Assembly (NCBI RefSeq): GCF_006345805.1
Contig: NC_043008.1
Coordinates: forward strand, 8,990,001-9,054,000
Source of the DNA: Octopus sinensis
Lineage: Eukaryota
Length of the DNA: 64,000 nt
Direction of reading: 5' to 3'
Shown here: in pieces, positions 39,697 through 53,726 of the stretch
How positions within the stretch are numbered: the first letter of the stretch is position 1
How the letters are laid out: each line of letters opens with the position of its first letter
Notes under the pieces: generated by a model
Databases searched by the model: none
Told to the model about the DNA's origin: nothing
Seen by the model: only the letters and a program-made list of their open reading frames with translations
Made by a program: the position numbers and the translations under genes

Positions 39697-39751
<55 letters not shown>
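39416..39751. repeat. (AAT)n/(GAT)n microsatellite
   Basis: Directly visible. Confidence 0.97.
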
Positions 39752-39753
<2 letters not shown>

Positions 39754-40586
39754 CCAGAGGTTAGCAGCCGGTGTTAGGGCAACAAATGAATTGAAATATA
39801 TCCATTTAGAAAAATTTGATGACCAAACAGTGTATTTCGACTGGAACACCTGACCTTTTTATTTTTCCCTGCCATTATCTAAATTACAAATGCTTTACCA
39901 GTGCAAAACTTTGGCAAAGTCCAGGAACTATTCCGTTGTGAAATTGATTCAGGAGATATCAACGCCATTACACTGACATCAACAAAATTACCAATAATAC
40001 AAACGCTTCCAGTGACACCCACATCCCGAATCAGCCAACAAGAACCGATCAGCTAAGTGGAATACTTTTACACTTTGTATATGTATTGGCGTATGTATGA
40101 ACACAAATATATATGCTTTTCTATATATATGTTTGTGTGTGAGTGAGTTTGAGAGCGTGTATAAGGATGCATTGTACGTAAAGGGGGAAAGCCGCGACTT
40201 ACTGTAGACCAAAATAGAATACGTCGATAAATAGATTTACTGATAGATATATAGATTGATTGACTGACATATATTATGTGCGTGTGTGTGTGAGTGTGTG
40301 TGTATGTGTGTTGGCATGTATGTGTGTGCCTGCACACGTGTGAATATTTGTCTTTGTGTGTGTTTACATAAATACATATAAGCATTTGTCTTTTAAACTT
40401 CGTTGCACGTTTATATGCATGCAGATAGATAGATATATAGATAGATAGATAAACAGATACATACATACATACATGCATACATGCAGGCATTCATACATAT
40501 ATACACACGCGCATACATACATGTATATGTGTGTGTGCGTATGTGTGTGCATGAACGTACGTGTGTGCATACATAAATATAGAGAT

Positions 40587-40619
<33 letters not shown>

Positions 40620-40620
40620 A

Positions 40621-40662
<42 letters not shown>

Positions 40663-40719
40663 TATTATATTATAAATATATATATATACATGCATACACA
40701 CACACGCATATATATATAT

Positions 40720-40829
<110 letters not shown>

Positions 40830-42194
40830 GTATATATAATATATATATAAAGCACTATAAGTGACCAGGCAAACTCGAACTCTTTACAAGTAAATCATGT
40901 TCATAGTTTGTGTGTGTGAAATATAAATGAAAGATCATAAGTGAGTCTCTTGTGACAAGTGACCATTTTTAATATAGTGAGATAGGCACAATTACGGTGA
41001 TGGGCTGCGTTAACGCCCTCTCTCTCTCTTGTTAACACCTTTACCTTCTCTAACCATACGCCGCACTTTACACTCTCCCTTTAACCACGTTTATCCTTTT
41101 CATCTCCTCAGCCTCTTTACACGGTTCGTTCGCCTCACTAGTTCGCTTTCGCACAATATTTTTCATCTCTTTAAGTAGCACAATATAGAAGGCTTTCTAT
41201 CAAAAACAAAAACATATATAATACAAATACCTACAGACATATTATTTGAATATGAAATAAGTCAAAGCACTGGGATTACGTTTTAATACTTCAATTCCCT
41301 GTATAATATCGACAAATTAACCTTATTATATATAGTTTCTTTTAGTTTTACTTTACTTTTCCCCTCTTCAATCATGACTGGTAAAAAAAAAAAGAAGAAC
41401 AGAAGTAAAGATTATAATATAGGAAACAAAACATTATTTAAAAGTGACCAATAGATAAAAATATCGAATCATTAATTAATATTGTTAGCTTTTATCTAGA
41501 AACAAGTCTCCATATTATTAACAGACAGAGGAAATGGAACGCTACGTTTCTCTTGCCTTTCCCATGAGCCTCTCTGATGTAAATGACGTGAATTTTTATC
41601 AACAGGCTTCTATAACTTGGTGGCAGTCTTCACTGAGTCCTGCTCCAAATTTTCTAATTAAATTGCAAATGAACGTTATTAATACTCTTATTTAATAATA
41701 CTGTTTAATTTATTATTCATCGCTTTAGGAATACATCACGAGTTTTCTTTCTTCTAAAATAAGGTGTATCTTGGAAATCATTCAAGATTTACAAATGATA
41801 TGCGAGGTTGTCCTAACAATAATTACAGATTTAGCGTTACGATTTAGTAGAAAGTATTACCGTTTATCTTTATAAGAAATCTGTCAATATCTATAGAAAC
41901 GGTTGAATATTATTGGTTATTATCAATTACAATTACAGCTACCTACAATGATTAGACTATTGTCGTGTCGTTTGTGTATTTGAAATTAATGTCAGAATTA
42001 TGTGCTATGTGATAACCTATCGGCCAAACTTTCGTGGTTTTTGCTCATTGTTATTTGTATGAGAATCACAGAGACTTTTCTTGGAGAGCTGAAATCGAGA
42101 TGCCGAACATATTTCTCCTTGGCTTAATCGTGAGAATCGCTACAATGCCTTTTCTCGACCTGTAAAGACATTAGCTTACGAACAAAACTTAAAT

Positions 42195-43600
42195 TGCTAC
42201 ATTATTTACATTATTTATATTTGACGGATACTTGTCCCCATCTTGTTTGTTGTTAACACATCGTTTCGGCTGATATACCCTCCAGCCGTCATCAGGTATC
42301 TTGAGGAAATTTCGAACCTGCGTCCTCATTCCTCAGGTATTTTTTGATGTTATTATTGAGTGAGAGAGCAGTGCATGCCATCAAAGTGACACTGGGGTAA
42401 AATATACGAAGTAAAATATACGAACCCGTCTGATAAGGGTACACTACGCACATACATCACAACCGTATGCGCGCGACATGGTGATCTCATATCAAGATAA
42501 ACAGCACATGACTTTGCAGGTGAGGCCCAGTTAGAATTTTCTTCTGGTCGAGTAACCCATCCCGCTCAAAAGGTCAAATATTTCCTATCCTTCCTTAATA
42601 CCGGTTCCCATATGCTATTCATATCTGCACTCGGTCTGTTGTATCCTAGCTTATCTGCTGCTTCTTTTAGTTTTCGTATTTTTCAATGGTGTTCTCTGTC
42701 TATTATTTTAACTTCATCCCACAGGGGGAGGTGGTTTCCATTTTTCCATACATAATCAGCTATACCCGATTTATCAATATTTCCTCGTGTCACAGCTTTG
42801 CGATGTTCGTCTACCCTTATTTTGAGGGGGAAGTATGTTTCGCCTTTGTATAACCTACCACAGCTGCATAGGATGGAATACACGCAGGTTTTGGTCATAT
42901 TCTCTTCTATTGGTGGTTTTACTCGAAGGAGATATTTGCGAAGTGTTGTATTACTTTTGAATACTGTCCTGATGTCATATGGGTCGCATATCTTTTGTAT
43001 CTTTTCGGAGAGGCTTTTCACATAGGCTAGACAGACTGTGGACAGTTTATGGGTTTCATCCTCTCTTTTCTTCATATTTTATATAAGTTTTATATAAGTT
43101 TATAAGTTTATAAAAGATTTGACATCCGCACCGGAGATGCCAGTATAGGATGAGGATTAGAGCTAAGAGAAGTTGTAATAACTAAAGTCACTGAGGACAA
43201 TAACTCATTAGTGCAAGTGGAGTATTACCGAGTTATTGGTTGTTCGATGAGTTCGGAGAGTAATAGAAGCAGAGATAGGGGAGCGAGATAGGGGTGCGAG
43301 CAGAGAGATTCAAAGCCAGCAAGACTGGATATTTTTGTTTGTGGTACCCAGGTGAAATAGTTAATGAGAAGTAGAGTAGATTCTACATATTCGCAGATAT
43401 CACAGAAGTTTCAACAGCAGATATTAACTTGAGAAAGGGTTAAAAATGCATAACTCTGAGTGGAATAAGATGCGCAATTTGCGTGTTAGTTAGGGGCGAT
43501 GTGCGAGGTCTAAGCTGGAAGGGGGTTCACAAATGTTAAAGAAAGGAAGAATTGATCAGCAAGTTTAGTTCTGGTTTTGGGCATCTTGAGGAACTGTAAA
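42195..43600 (-). mobile_element. Penelope-like element remnant: GIY-YIG endonuclease plus pseudo-LTR, interrupted by another repeat at ~42358-42575
   Basis: ORF 42683-43075: VCLAYVKSLSEKIQKIC...CVYSILCSCGRLYKGET...LKIRVDEHRK...SGIADYVW...WDEVKIIDRE, a typical PLE linker plus GIY-YIG. A hammerhead motif lies downstream. The upstream boundary is approximate. Confidence 0.85.
42255..42300 (-). ncRNA. Hammerhead ribozyme motif in PLE pseudo-LTR (stem III mutated)
   Basis: Minus strand AUAC-CUGAUGA-C-GGCUG(GAGGGUAUAU)CAGCC-GAAA-CGAU-GUGU. U16.1 appears substituted. Confidence 0.65.
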
Positions 43601-44721
43601 ATTTAATTAATTCCGTATTTAAGAATATAACAAGCTTTTGCATTAAATGAAATTTGGATTGAAAATAGACAAAGACATTTCGTTTCCAATTAGAAATTTA
43701 ATTACTTCTGAACACGTAATCTCTTATTCCAGTAACAATAAAATGAATTAAGTCACTTAATACAGAGTTTTTAATAAATTTATTTCGCTCGTGTATCACA
43801 AAACCTAGATTGTTATATGAGGAACCCGAGTGTGATTGACTCTTTCATAACTATTTTTCCTGGTACCATTTAATTGAATTGTTATTATTGAAAATCGCTT
43901 TCAAGGACTTTATCAATCATATTGACCTTAGTACAAATTCAACTGAGTATTTGGTTTATTGTCACTATTTAACAAAGGACTAGTTGACATAACAAAATTG
44001 TTTATACCGTTGTAATGATAACTACACACTTTCTTCTCGTTAAATATTTAATTGTTAACAAATTTCTGTCTGTTAAATTCTACCACGACATTGTTGTCTT
44101 ATAAATTAGCATAAATGTTTCCGAAATCTCGAAATCTCGATCAAGAGCGTATAAATAGTCACTTAACTCACGTTTAATTGTCTTCAGTGAGTATTATAAC
44201 ACTTCTAGGGATAAGCTGCGATCTTTCACAGGTTGAATTCTCGGGAGTGTTTGTATTTAATGCGCCAGTGGGAGTAAACTTGCTTACCTAGAAATGAAAG
44301 AAGGGAAATAGACTACAAAACGAGACCAATGAAGGTATAGCCAAGTGGACAAAGTGCAGGTAAATGTAGGTGTCTTGGTCATCGAAACAAACAATTATTG
44401 ATTATTGATCGTGATATAAAAACCTTCAGCCAGTTCCACTATTGAGTACCACTCAAGTATATTTCCTATGGAAACCTATTGTTATATTCTTAATATGTAT
44501 ATATCGGTTATCGTGTGTGAAACTTTTAGCAATCAGACATTCTTCCTTATCAGACAACCGCTCCAAGCGCCTGCTTTGAATATTCTTTTGCCATTTAAAT
44601 CTTTTCTAATCGGATAATCTCCTTCTACGCGTGGAAGTAAATATGCGAATTTTCCTTGCTTGCGTGTCATGGTATACGACATTATGTATGAGTGTGTGTC
44701 TGTGTATGTGTGTGTGTGTGT

Positions 44722-44755
<34 letters not shown>

Positions 44756-45329
44756 CTAACAGTATGTGTGTGGGGGGTTATGTGCGTGTGAGAGAAAGAG
44801 AAAGAAACAGTTTACGAATTAATGTTTTTTTCATATGAATAGTGTCTACATCAAAACCAGCTTCTCTGTGTATTTGTTTTATTTTTATAGAATCTGTTAC
44901 ATGTGTGTATACGTCTGTTTCTGTGTTAAACATATGATAAATGTATATGCGTATTAGTGTGTGTGTATGTGTGTGCGTGTATGTGTGTGTGTGTCAGTGT
45001 GTGTACGTATGTATTTATAAATGTATTTTACATACATCGGCACAAAACATACCCGTACATTCATAGATATTCGTACATGTGTATCTATGTATGCGTGCGT
45101 GTTCCTATACGTCTATGTCTGTCTGTAGCTATATATGTACGTGTGTGTGTGTGTGTGTGCGTGTGTGTGTGCGTGTGTGTGTGTTCAGTTCTAAAAGCTA
45201 TTCTAAAAGATGATAGCTCAGATGCCAATATTAACACAAGACGGTATTGATACAAAAGACACCACCATCATTATGTTAGTATTGCAATTCCTATTTGTAA
45301 TGTCCCGCTTGTTGCAATAAGGAAATTAT

Positions 45330-46114
45330 TATTCCAAGCAGACTTGTTCGGCTTTTCACCGCAGCTTTTCCCAGCTTTTCGTGGCAGAAAGAAATGGATC
45401 AGAGAAGCGGCTGACTTCAGTGCTTCCTTTGTCCGTCTGCTATATTCCCAGCAAAGAATGCGCAGTCTTGAACGTGGCGCTAATCGCTTGGTTTAAATGG
45501 TTCGCCCTAAAAGCAGCAGTGATATTTTCACTTCTGTGAGCTGTGAAGTGACAGCGCTGTTTGGATTAACTTGAACAAAAGAATGCTATCGATAATTTCC
45601 GTTCATAACTCTGATGAATACAGAGTTTCTAATTTTTGCCAAGGTACTAAAAAAGAATTTGGTGTTTACCACCGATGGAGTGGTTTGAAAAGTACAGGGC
45701 TGTGTAATCCTGAGTGAGCTATCAACAATGTCCACTTCAAATGATATGCAACCGGATGCTTTCTATATAGTTGACCACTATTACCTTGTAACTGACCTCT
45801 CGGCAGCTTGTTTGATCTTGCTTTTAGAGTCTAGTTTTTGAACGTTATCTGTCCATGGTCAAAGTACATGACAACCAATAAGAAATGTTTCGAGTTACGC
45901 GCTTGGTCTGCTAGGGGCGTCTTGTCTCAACTTCTCTGTATTTACTGACTATGAAGACAAAACAAAGGAAATTAGAGAAATTAAAATTCTTTACATGTCA
46001 ATATATGTAGACAATGCCACCACAATAGTGTCATACACTACGAAAGTTGAGGCGGTTCGCAGAAGTCTAAGAAATAGAAGGAAAAAGAAAGAAAATTAAC
46101 ATGGACAGGTGAGT
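45330..46114 (+). other. Candidate promoter/first exon ending in ATG GAC AG|GTGAGT
   Basis: Repeat-free, relatively GC/CpG-richer block with several short uORFs. Consensus donor CAG|GTGAGT at 46106-46114 directly after ATG 46101 (A at -3, G at +4). Confidence 0.35.
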
Positions 46115-47299
46115 GACCTTTTAGGTCAACACCCTGAGAGACAAATCCATTTGGCTAGAGTTTCCATTCTGCTATGTTGCTTCGGTTCTGATTCGGTCTG
46201 GAGTGAGTGAATTCTTCCTTATTCATTCTGCGACAAACATGGATACGTGAAATTGCGTGACTTGGGGTCAGTTTGGAAACAAGATCACACGCTCAACAAT
46301 CTCAGATCAGTCCATATGTATATGGTGGCTCACAATGAAATCAGTGACTCTGAAACACACACACACTCGCGCTCATTTTCGACATCTTGAGATATTCTCA
46401 TTTCGTGATCTGGTAAAGGGGTTACTGTCAGATCCCGACAGACCTCAAGCTACAGGCAATCTTCTTGACTCCGGACGGTGAACTAATGGTCCTGGACGTG
46501 AGCGTCAGTGAAGGTAGTGTTTTTAGACTAGTAGCCATTTATGCTCGACTGGAGTTAAAAGGCCCATTCATTCCGGCTAATTCTTTTGGTTTTTTAACCA
46601 CAAATTTCAAGATTCAATGCAATTGACCATATACTTCTTGCTAGACTAAACGCTATATTTGTTTTTGTTGTATTTTGGGATACCATAATGTGAGAGTAAA
46701 TATGTTTAATCTGTTTAATCTGTCAGTCTGTTGTGGATGTCGGTTTCGATGTTTCAGTCTTATGTGGAGTGGCCGAAAAATTTTGCACAGCCACTTTTGG
46801 TGGTCGTCTCGCATCTTACCCTCTTATTCAGAACCCTTAGTAGAAAATATAATGATTAGGTATGGAAATGACTCCAACAGAGTCACTGTTTCATCTCTAA
46901 AAAACGTAATGCGAAACATCCATTTATCAGTTGGCAATTAGTAGAAATTTACAATAGTTTAAATTGACCGAAGACTTTTGCACGGTGCTGTATGTGTTTG
47001 TATGTGTGTGTGTGTGTGTGTATGTGTGTGTGTGTGTGTCTGTGTGTGTGTGTGTGTAGTTGGAATTCGTAAAAAAAAAGACAAAATACGAAGATGGGTG
47101 TGTAAACAACGAACAGATGTATTATTTAACGCTCGGGAAGTGAGAGAGTCTTTTACGTTTCGAGCCTACGTTCTTCCACAGAGGTGGTCAGATAGGGGAG
47201 CTAGGAATAAGGGAGATAAAAAAAGTAGTGGTGATCCCAAAATGTAGGTGCGCGTGTGTGCATGTGTAAGTGTGTGGATGATGGTGTGGGTTTTGTTTT

Positions 47300-47490
47300 A
47301 CTTGTTTCAATTTGATCGCAGCCATGCTGGAGCACCGCCTGTAGTCGAACAAATCGACCCCAGGACTTATTCTTTGTAAGCCAAGTACTTAATTTATCGA
47401 TCTCTTTTTTCCGAATCGCTTAGTTACGGGGATATAAACGCACCAAGATCGGTTGTCAAGCGATGGTGGGAGACAAACACCGACACACCA
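47300..47490 (-). mobile_element. SINE family A 3' half
   Basis: CCATGCTGGAGCACCGCC...CGACCCCAGGACTTATTCTTTGTAAG...GGTTGTCAAGCGATG. Confidence 0.85.
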
Positions 47491-48169
47491 ATACATACAC
47501 ATGCACACACAGACACACACCCCACACCCATATATATATATGATATAAATTGGACATGGGCAATCGTTGTATTCTTTTTGTCTTGAGGTTCACAGCCAAA
47601 CGGCTGGGTGGATTCGCGTGAAAAATGGCACACATGTAGAGACGGGTGCATACATTGGAATGCAGTTCGTGTTTTTTCCTATCCCTCATAGTTACCGAGA
47701 AAATTAATTAACACTTTTTCCTAATGGAATTCCCCTGTTTGTTCTGCCATTAAAACAATCACTTGCTCACACGGCCGGCATATACCATTTCGATAGCAAC
47801 AAGGGAGTACACGATGCCAGTCAGCCAAAAACTTTTGCTATGCTGTCTCTCTTCTTTCACTTCTTTGTGGGGTTAATAATCTTAATCTTTAGTTACAGTC
47901 TCTTATTCAAACTACATAATAGGCAGAATTGTCGGATTAAGACAGTAGGGTATTTCAAGAGAGATTTGGCTGCTATTTCTACCAGGTCTAGCTACCATGC
48001 AGAGGTCTGAACTTAATTTTCATTCACATATTTGCATTTCAAAAATTTAACATAATCTTTTCCATAAATCAACTATCGTAAAAATTTTATACGATGACCT
48101 CACATTCTCTATGTATGTGTGTTTACCTTAAAAGAAGTCAATCATCACCACACACACCTTCACTCACTC

Positions 48170-48258
48170 ACTCTATCTCTGTCTCACCTTCTTTCTCTAC
48201 AACATACACGTGCAAGCACTCACACACACACACACACACACGCACACACACACACACA

Positions 48259-48294
<36 letters not shown>

Positions 48295-48765
48295 CATTTC
48301 ATAAATCTTCTTTCAATTTCTGCTCTCTGCAAATAAAATTTTTACGGATATAACTGCTTGCATAAATAGGGATTAATGTATAATTTCTTTCTATGTTCAT
48401 AATTAAATCAATGTTTTAATGACTAGACAGAGGTCCAATAGAATAGCTCTAAAGAACAGACTACGTACAAATACATCAATCATCACGGCACACACCCTCA
48501 TTCACACTATCTCTCTTTCTCACCGTCTTTCCTTCTCACATACACACGCGCAAGCACGCACGCACACACACATACACGCACACATCTCCATTTCATATAT
48601 CTTCTTTCAATTTGTAGTCTGCAAATAAAATTTTTACAGATACAACTGCTTACAAAAATAGGGATCAATGTATAATTTCTTTCTATGTCCATAATTAAAT
48701 CAATGTTTTAATGAGTAGACAGAGGTCCAATAGAATATCTCTAAGAAACAGACTACGTACAAATT
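48170..48765. repeat. Diverged ~290-bp tandem duplication
   Basis: TCTGCAAATAAAATTTTTAC...CAGAGGTCCAATAGAATA...CAGACTACGTACAAAT occurs twice. Confidence 0.88.
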
Positions 48766-48932
48766 CGTTCTTCACAACTCCTGAAGCGCTTTTCTGACAA
48801 GGGGGTGGAGTCAGAAAATGTTCATACAGCTGGAGGCTCCAATAGAAACAGGGACCCGAAATGATAAGGTTGAGAAACGCTGTTATAGATTATGCCTAAC
48901 CGAAAACGATCACAGCCACATCATCCGAATAG

Positions 48933-48960
48933 ACCCGGTGAAACCGGGTTTAGCTGCTAG
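48933..48960 (+). mobile_element. Helitron-type 3' terminus
   Basis: ACCCGGT-GAA-ACCGGGT hairpin, short spacer, CTAG|T. The 5' end was not located. Confidence 0.55.
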
Positions 48961-48964
48961 TATA

Positions 48965-49024
<60 letters not shown>

Positions 49025-49027
49025 TTT

Positions 49028-49240
49028 GTACTTGTTTCAGTCATTTTGACTGCGGCCATGCTGGAGCACCGCCTTTTAGAGTGGTGAAAGAGTACAGCAG
49101 GGATCACCACCTCCTGCCGGAGCCTCGTGGAGCTTTTTAGGTATTTTTCGCTCAATAAACACACACAACGCCCGGTCTGGGAATCGAAACCGCGATCCTC
49201 CGACCGCAAGTCCGCTGCCCTAACCACTAGGCCATTGCAC
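49028..49240 (-). mobile_element. SINE family C head joined to a family A tail
   Basis: Minus strand GTGCAATGGCCTAGTGGTTAGGG...GGTTTCGATTCCC, followed by the family A tail. Confidence 0.8.
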
Positions 49241-49432
49241 AAACTATACAACGAGGTCTCAGCATTCTTCTTTCAACGATAAACCTTAATATAAGACTTC
49301 ACATATTTGTAATTATATGTGTTTAGCTACATACTCATGTGTCGCTATATACATACAAACATAGACACAACATATGTACATAGTTAAATATACATGCATA
49401 CATACATGTATATATATATATACATATATATA

Positions 49433-49585
49433 TCACGGGCTTCTTTCAGTTACCGTCTTCCACAAGGCTCTGGTCGGCTTGAAGCTACAGTAGAAGACAC
49501 TTGCCCTGAGTGCCACGCAGTGGGGATGAACCCGGAACCATGTGGTTGGGAAGCAAACATCTTACCACATAGATACTCTTGCGCC
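49433..49585 (-). mobile_element. SINE family A 5' half
   Basis: AGTAGAAGACACTTGCCC...GCCACGCAGTGGGGATGAACCCGGAACCATGTGG. Confidence 0.82.
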
Positions 49586-49671
49586 TATATAAATATATAT
49601 AGATATATATATGTATATGTATATATATCCATCTATTCATATATGAGTATATGTTTGTGTGCATCCATACA

Positions 49672-49720
<49 letters not shown>

Positions 49721-49765
49721 GCATGTATGTATTTATGTATGTATGTATGTATGTATGTATGTATG

Positions 49766-49797
<32 letters not shown>

Positions 49798-50126
49798 GGG
49801 AATTCTTTTTCTCACACTACTGCGTTCGCCAGAGAAGACTTGTAAGTTTCCATAAATATCAAGATGCCTTTACGTAAACTTGGTTTTCAGAAAATAGTCA
49901 TTTGCCGGATGATCTCCGTAACATGAAACTTGAGCGGCCAGAAAAACAATTCAGCTTAGATATACAATAAACTATGGAAGGACTCAGCATTCTTCTTTCA
50001 ACGATAAACCTTAATATAAGACTTCACATATTTGTAATTATATGTATTTACCTACATACTTATGTGTCGCTATATACATACAAACATAGACACAACATAT
50101 GTACATAGTTAAATATACATACATAT

Positions 50127-50189
<63 letters not shown>

Positions 50190-50191
<2 letters not shown>

Positions 50192-50395
50192 GACCGCGTG
50201 TGTATCGTTGGCGATTTTTTCCTCCGTCTTCTCTGCCTTGGATCTTTCCTTTTCCTATTTTTCTGACGAAGAATTCCGCTCGAAACGTTAAATCCTCCTT
50301 CTTTCTTTCCTTTCTTAAGCGTCCAATAACACTATACTTGTTCCACGTCCTCGCGTTGTTGTGTTCTCTCTTTGTGTTTCATGTTTGGATTAACT
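50190..50395 (+). mobile_element. Short PLE pseudo-LTR/retrozyme-like repeat with minimal hammerhead at ~50258-50293
   Basis: TTT-CTGACGA-A-GAAT(TCC)GCTC-GAAA-CG-TT-AAA; flanked by microsatellites. Confidence 0.65.
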
Positions 50396-50412
50396 ATATA
50401 TCTATCTATCTA

Positions 50413-50531
<119 letters not shown>

Positions 50532-51007
50532 AACAAGAACGAAAATGCTTCTTTCTTAAAATTGGATACATTATAATTTTCCTTTTACATGTTTCGGTTT
50601 TTGAAAAACCTTAACAAAAATATGTACTAAAATGGAATATATAAAGAGAAAAGAACTATTCAAAAAATTAAATTAAAATTAAGATTAACATTCATAGTTT
50701 ACTTTCCTTTTTCCTGCAAGAACACGTGATAGCCTTTGGTTCTGTTAACATAAGTTCAACTGACTGTGACTGCAAATTACTATCTGTCTTTGTAAATTGA
50801 ATAGTGTGGTCAAGACTTGTTTTCTGAGGAGTGGCTCTAGCCGTCGAATAACTAGCAGCAGTAATAATAATAGTCGCCATGGTGAAGTTGTTCCCCCTGT
50901 ATACATGTGTGTGCGTGTGTGTGTATTTATAAACCGCCCTTATCTAACTTTAATATATATATATATATATGTATATACATACATATATACATGTATATAT
51001 ATATTTG

Positions 51008-51163
51008 CTGGTGTGTTTACGTCCCCGTAACTTAGCGATTCGGAAAAAGAGACCGATAATATAAGTACTAGGCTTACAAAAAATAAGCTCTGGGGTCGAT
51101 TTGCTCGACTAAAGATGGAGGTCCAGCATGGCTGCAGTCAAACGACTGAAACAAGTAAGAGAA
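51008..51163 (+). mobile_element. SINE family A 3' half
   Basis: CTGGTGTGTTTACGTCCCCGTAACTTAGCG...GACTGAAACAAGTAAG. Confidence 0.85.
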
Positions 51164-51165
51164 TA

Positions 51166-51196
<31 letters not shown>

Positions 51197-51201
51197 ATGT
51201 A

Positions 51202-51233
<32 letters not shown>

Positions 51234-52126
51234 ATATATACTCACATGGATATCTAAATACGTACATGAGGCATACATAATACATGTATATATAATAGAT
51301 ACAGAAATATACATTAGCTTCAAGCTGAAATTGTATTTTTCGATCTGTCATGTTTATTGATGATCTTCATTGCTTCAAGCGACAGATGTTTCAAGAAAGC
51401 ATCGGCTTAGTAGAAGTATGAAGCTTCAACCTGCAGCAAACTTACAAATACATTGTAATGAGGATAACCTTTTTCTTGTTTATAGATTCGAATTTTTTAA
51501 AAATATACACATAATATATGTTTCTGCATGCGGGCGTGTGTTTATGTTAAGAATCTAATTTCACGGTTTAACACATTTCATATCTTGGTCCTATTAAAGC
51601 TGCCAATACCGACATCTAAATATTTGTCAACGTGCCTTTTTATCGGACAGAATCTTTGATACGATCAATAACTAAATCGGGGGATGCAAATAAGTTACTC
51701 CAGTGGGAAGAAAAACCGAGTCACGGAAATCCAGTTGTCGAAATTTTTAAAAGAAAATGTAATATATTCAAGACATCCAATTCTAAATGTTCTTTCTTGC
51801 ACCACAATAACAACAGTTTTGAAAACGATTAATTTTGGTAAAATTGTTCCATCGTCAGCTAGAATAAACTGGGTATGTTTACGAATACTTTCGGATTTAT
51901 CATTCAGTCTCTTACAAAATGTATGAGAACTAACGCTTTAATGTTAGCGTGGCCTGGAATGTCGTTACCAAGATATGAGAACGGGGAGTGTTTCATTTTT
52001 TTTTTTTTCAATATAACAAAATAATAGGTCCAGTATCCAGGGATCACAGCGGTACTCTCTCCCTTATAGTATACGTGGATAGCAGTGTGGATGGAAGGGA
52101 TAGATTTATTAATTACAATTTCAATA

Positions 52127-52528
52127 GGCGCAGGAGTGGCTGTGTGGTAAGTAGCTTGCTAACCAACCACATGGTTCCGGGTTCAGTCCCACTGCGTGGA
52201 ATCTTGGGCAAGTGTCTTCTGCTATAGCCCCGGGCCGACCAATGCCTTGTGAGTGGATTTGGTAGACGGAAACTGAAAGAGGCCTGTCGTATATATGTGT
52301 ATATATATATATGTGTGTGTGTGTTTGTGTGTCCCCCTAGCATCGCTTGACAACCGATGCTGGTGTGTTTACGTCCCCGTCACTTAGCGGTTCGGCAAAA
52401 GAGACCGATAGAGTAAGTACTGGGCTTACAAAGAATAAGTCCCGGGGTCGATCTGCTCGACTAAAGGCGGTGCTCCAGCATGGCCGCAGTCAAATGACTG
52501 AAACAAGTAAAAAAACTTAAAGAGAGAG
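52127..52528 (+). mobile_element. Full-length young SINE family A
   Basis: GGCGCAGGAGTGGCTGTGTGGTAAG head through GACTGAAACAAGTAAAA tail. Confidence 0.92.
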
Positions 52529-53516
52529 GTACGTGTTGGATATTTGATGTTGTGATCATAATGTAAATTACTTTTTATGTAAGAATTGTCTGTGGCGAGA
52601 TGGCTGAAAGAAGTGGTTCGAGTCTACCTTGTAATTTGGAGAGGGTTGTATGTGTGGGTTTGTGATATCAAGTGTGAACGTACCAATTTCTTTTAAGACA
52701 GGTTGAGGAGGGTGATGCGTCTGCAGTGAGCTATTTGGGATTTTGTTGGATTTTATAACGCTGAGAAGTTTTTTTCAATTTCCAGATCTTGGGGATTCAA
52801 TTGTTGGCACGAGTAATTGTGTATGTTGAGGGCAGTGGTTCCTTCAAGACCAAAATCTTTAAGGATTTTGTCAGGTACTGAAAACTTAGACTTTTTCATT
52901 TCACTATGGAGTTTTTTGTGTATAATACATGAATGGTATCGATCCATTACTAAATAAAAACAGTCAGTATTTTGATTGTACTGGTCATAGCAAGAGAAAT
53001 ATTTGTATACTAGGAGAAGCCAGTCATGCCAATGTATAGTGGTCACTCGCACAAACAAATCATTTAAAAGACGTTACCTATAACACGCCACGGCTTAGAA
53101 AACATTTCTAGAATTAAAAATGTAAAATTCATCGCTCATTTAGAACTTCTGTTTGCAACAACCACTTGTCACACAATACCTGCTGCATTTCTATAACCGT
53201 AACAACACAGTCACATGCTAATGAGTAGACACACTCTCACATATCAATAAACAAAATACTTGTTGAAGAGGTGGTTGTGATGGGCCCTAGTGACGTAGCA
53301 AATATTTACTGCAATGCTTACATTTTCCAGTTCTTAGATGTGTGTTTACTGAAGAGGATAAGACGTTTTTTTTTTTTTTTTTCAATATAACAAAATAATA
53401 GGTCCAGTATCCAATGGACTTCTCTTTGCAGGGATCACAGCGGTACTCTCTCCTTATAGTATACGTGGATAGCAGTGTGGATGGAAGGGATAGATTTATT
53501 AATTACAATTTCAATA

Positions 53517-53689
53517 GGCGCAGGAGTGGCTGTGTGGTAAGTAGCTTGCTAACCAACCACATGGTTCCGGGTTCAGTCCCACTGCGTGGAATCTTGGGCA
53601 AGTGTCTTCTGCTATAGCCCCGGACCGACCAATGCCTTGTGAGTGGATTTGGTAGACGGAAACTGAAAGAGGCCTGTCGTATATATGTG

Positions 53690-53726
<37 letters not shown>

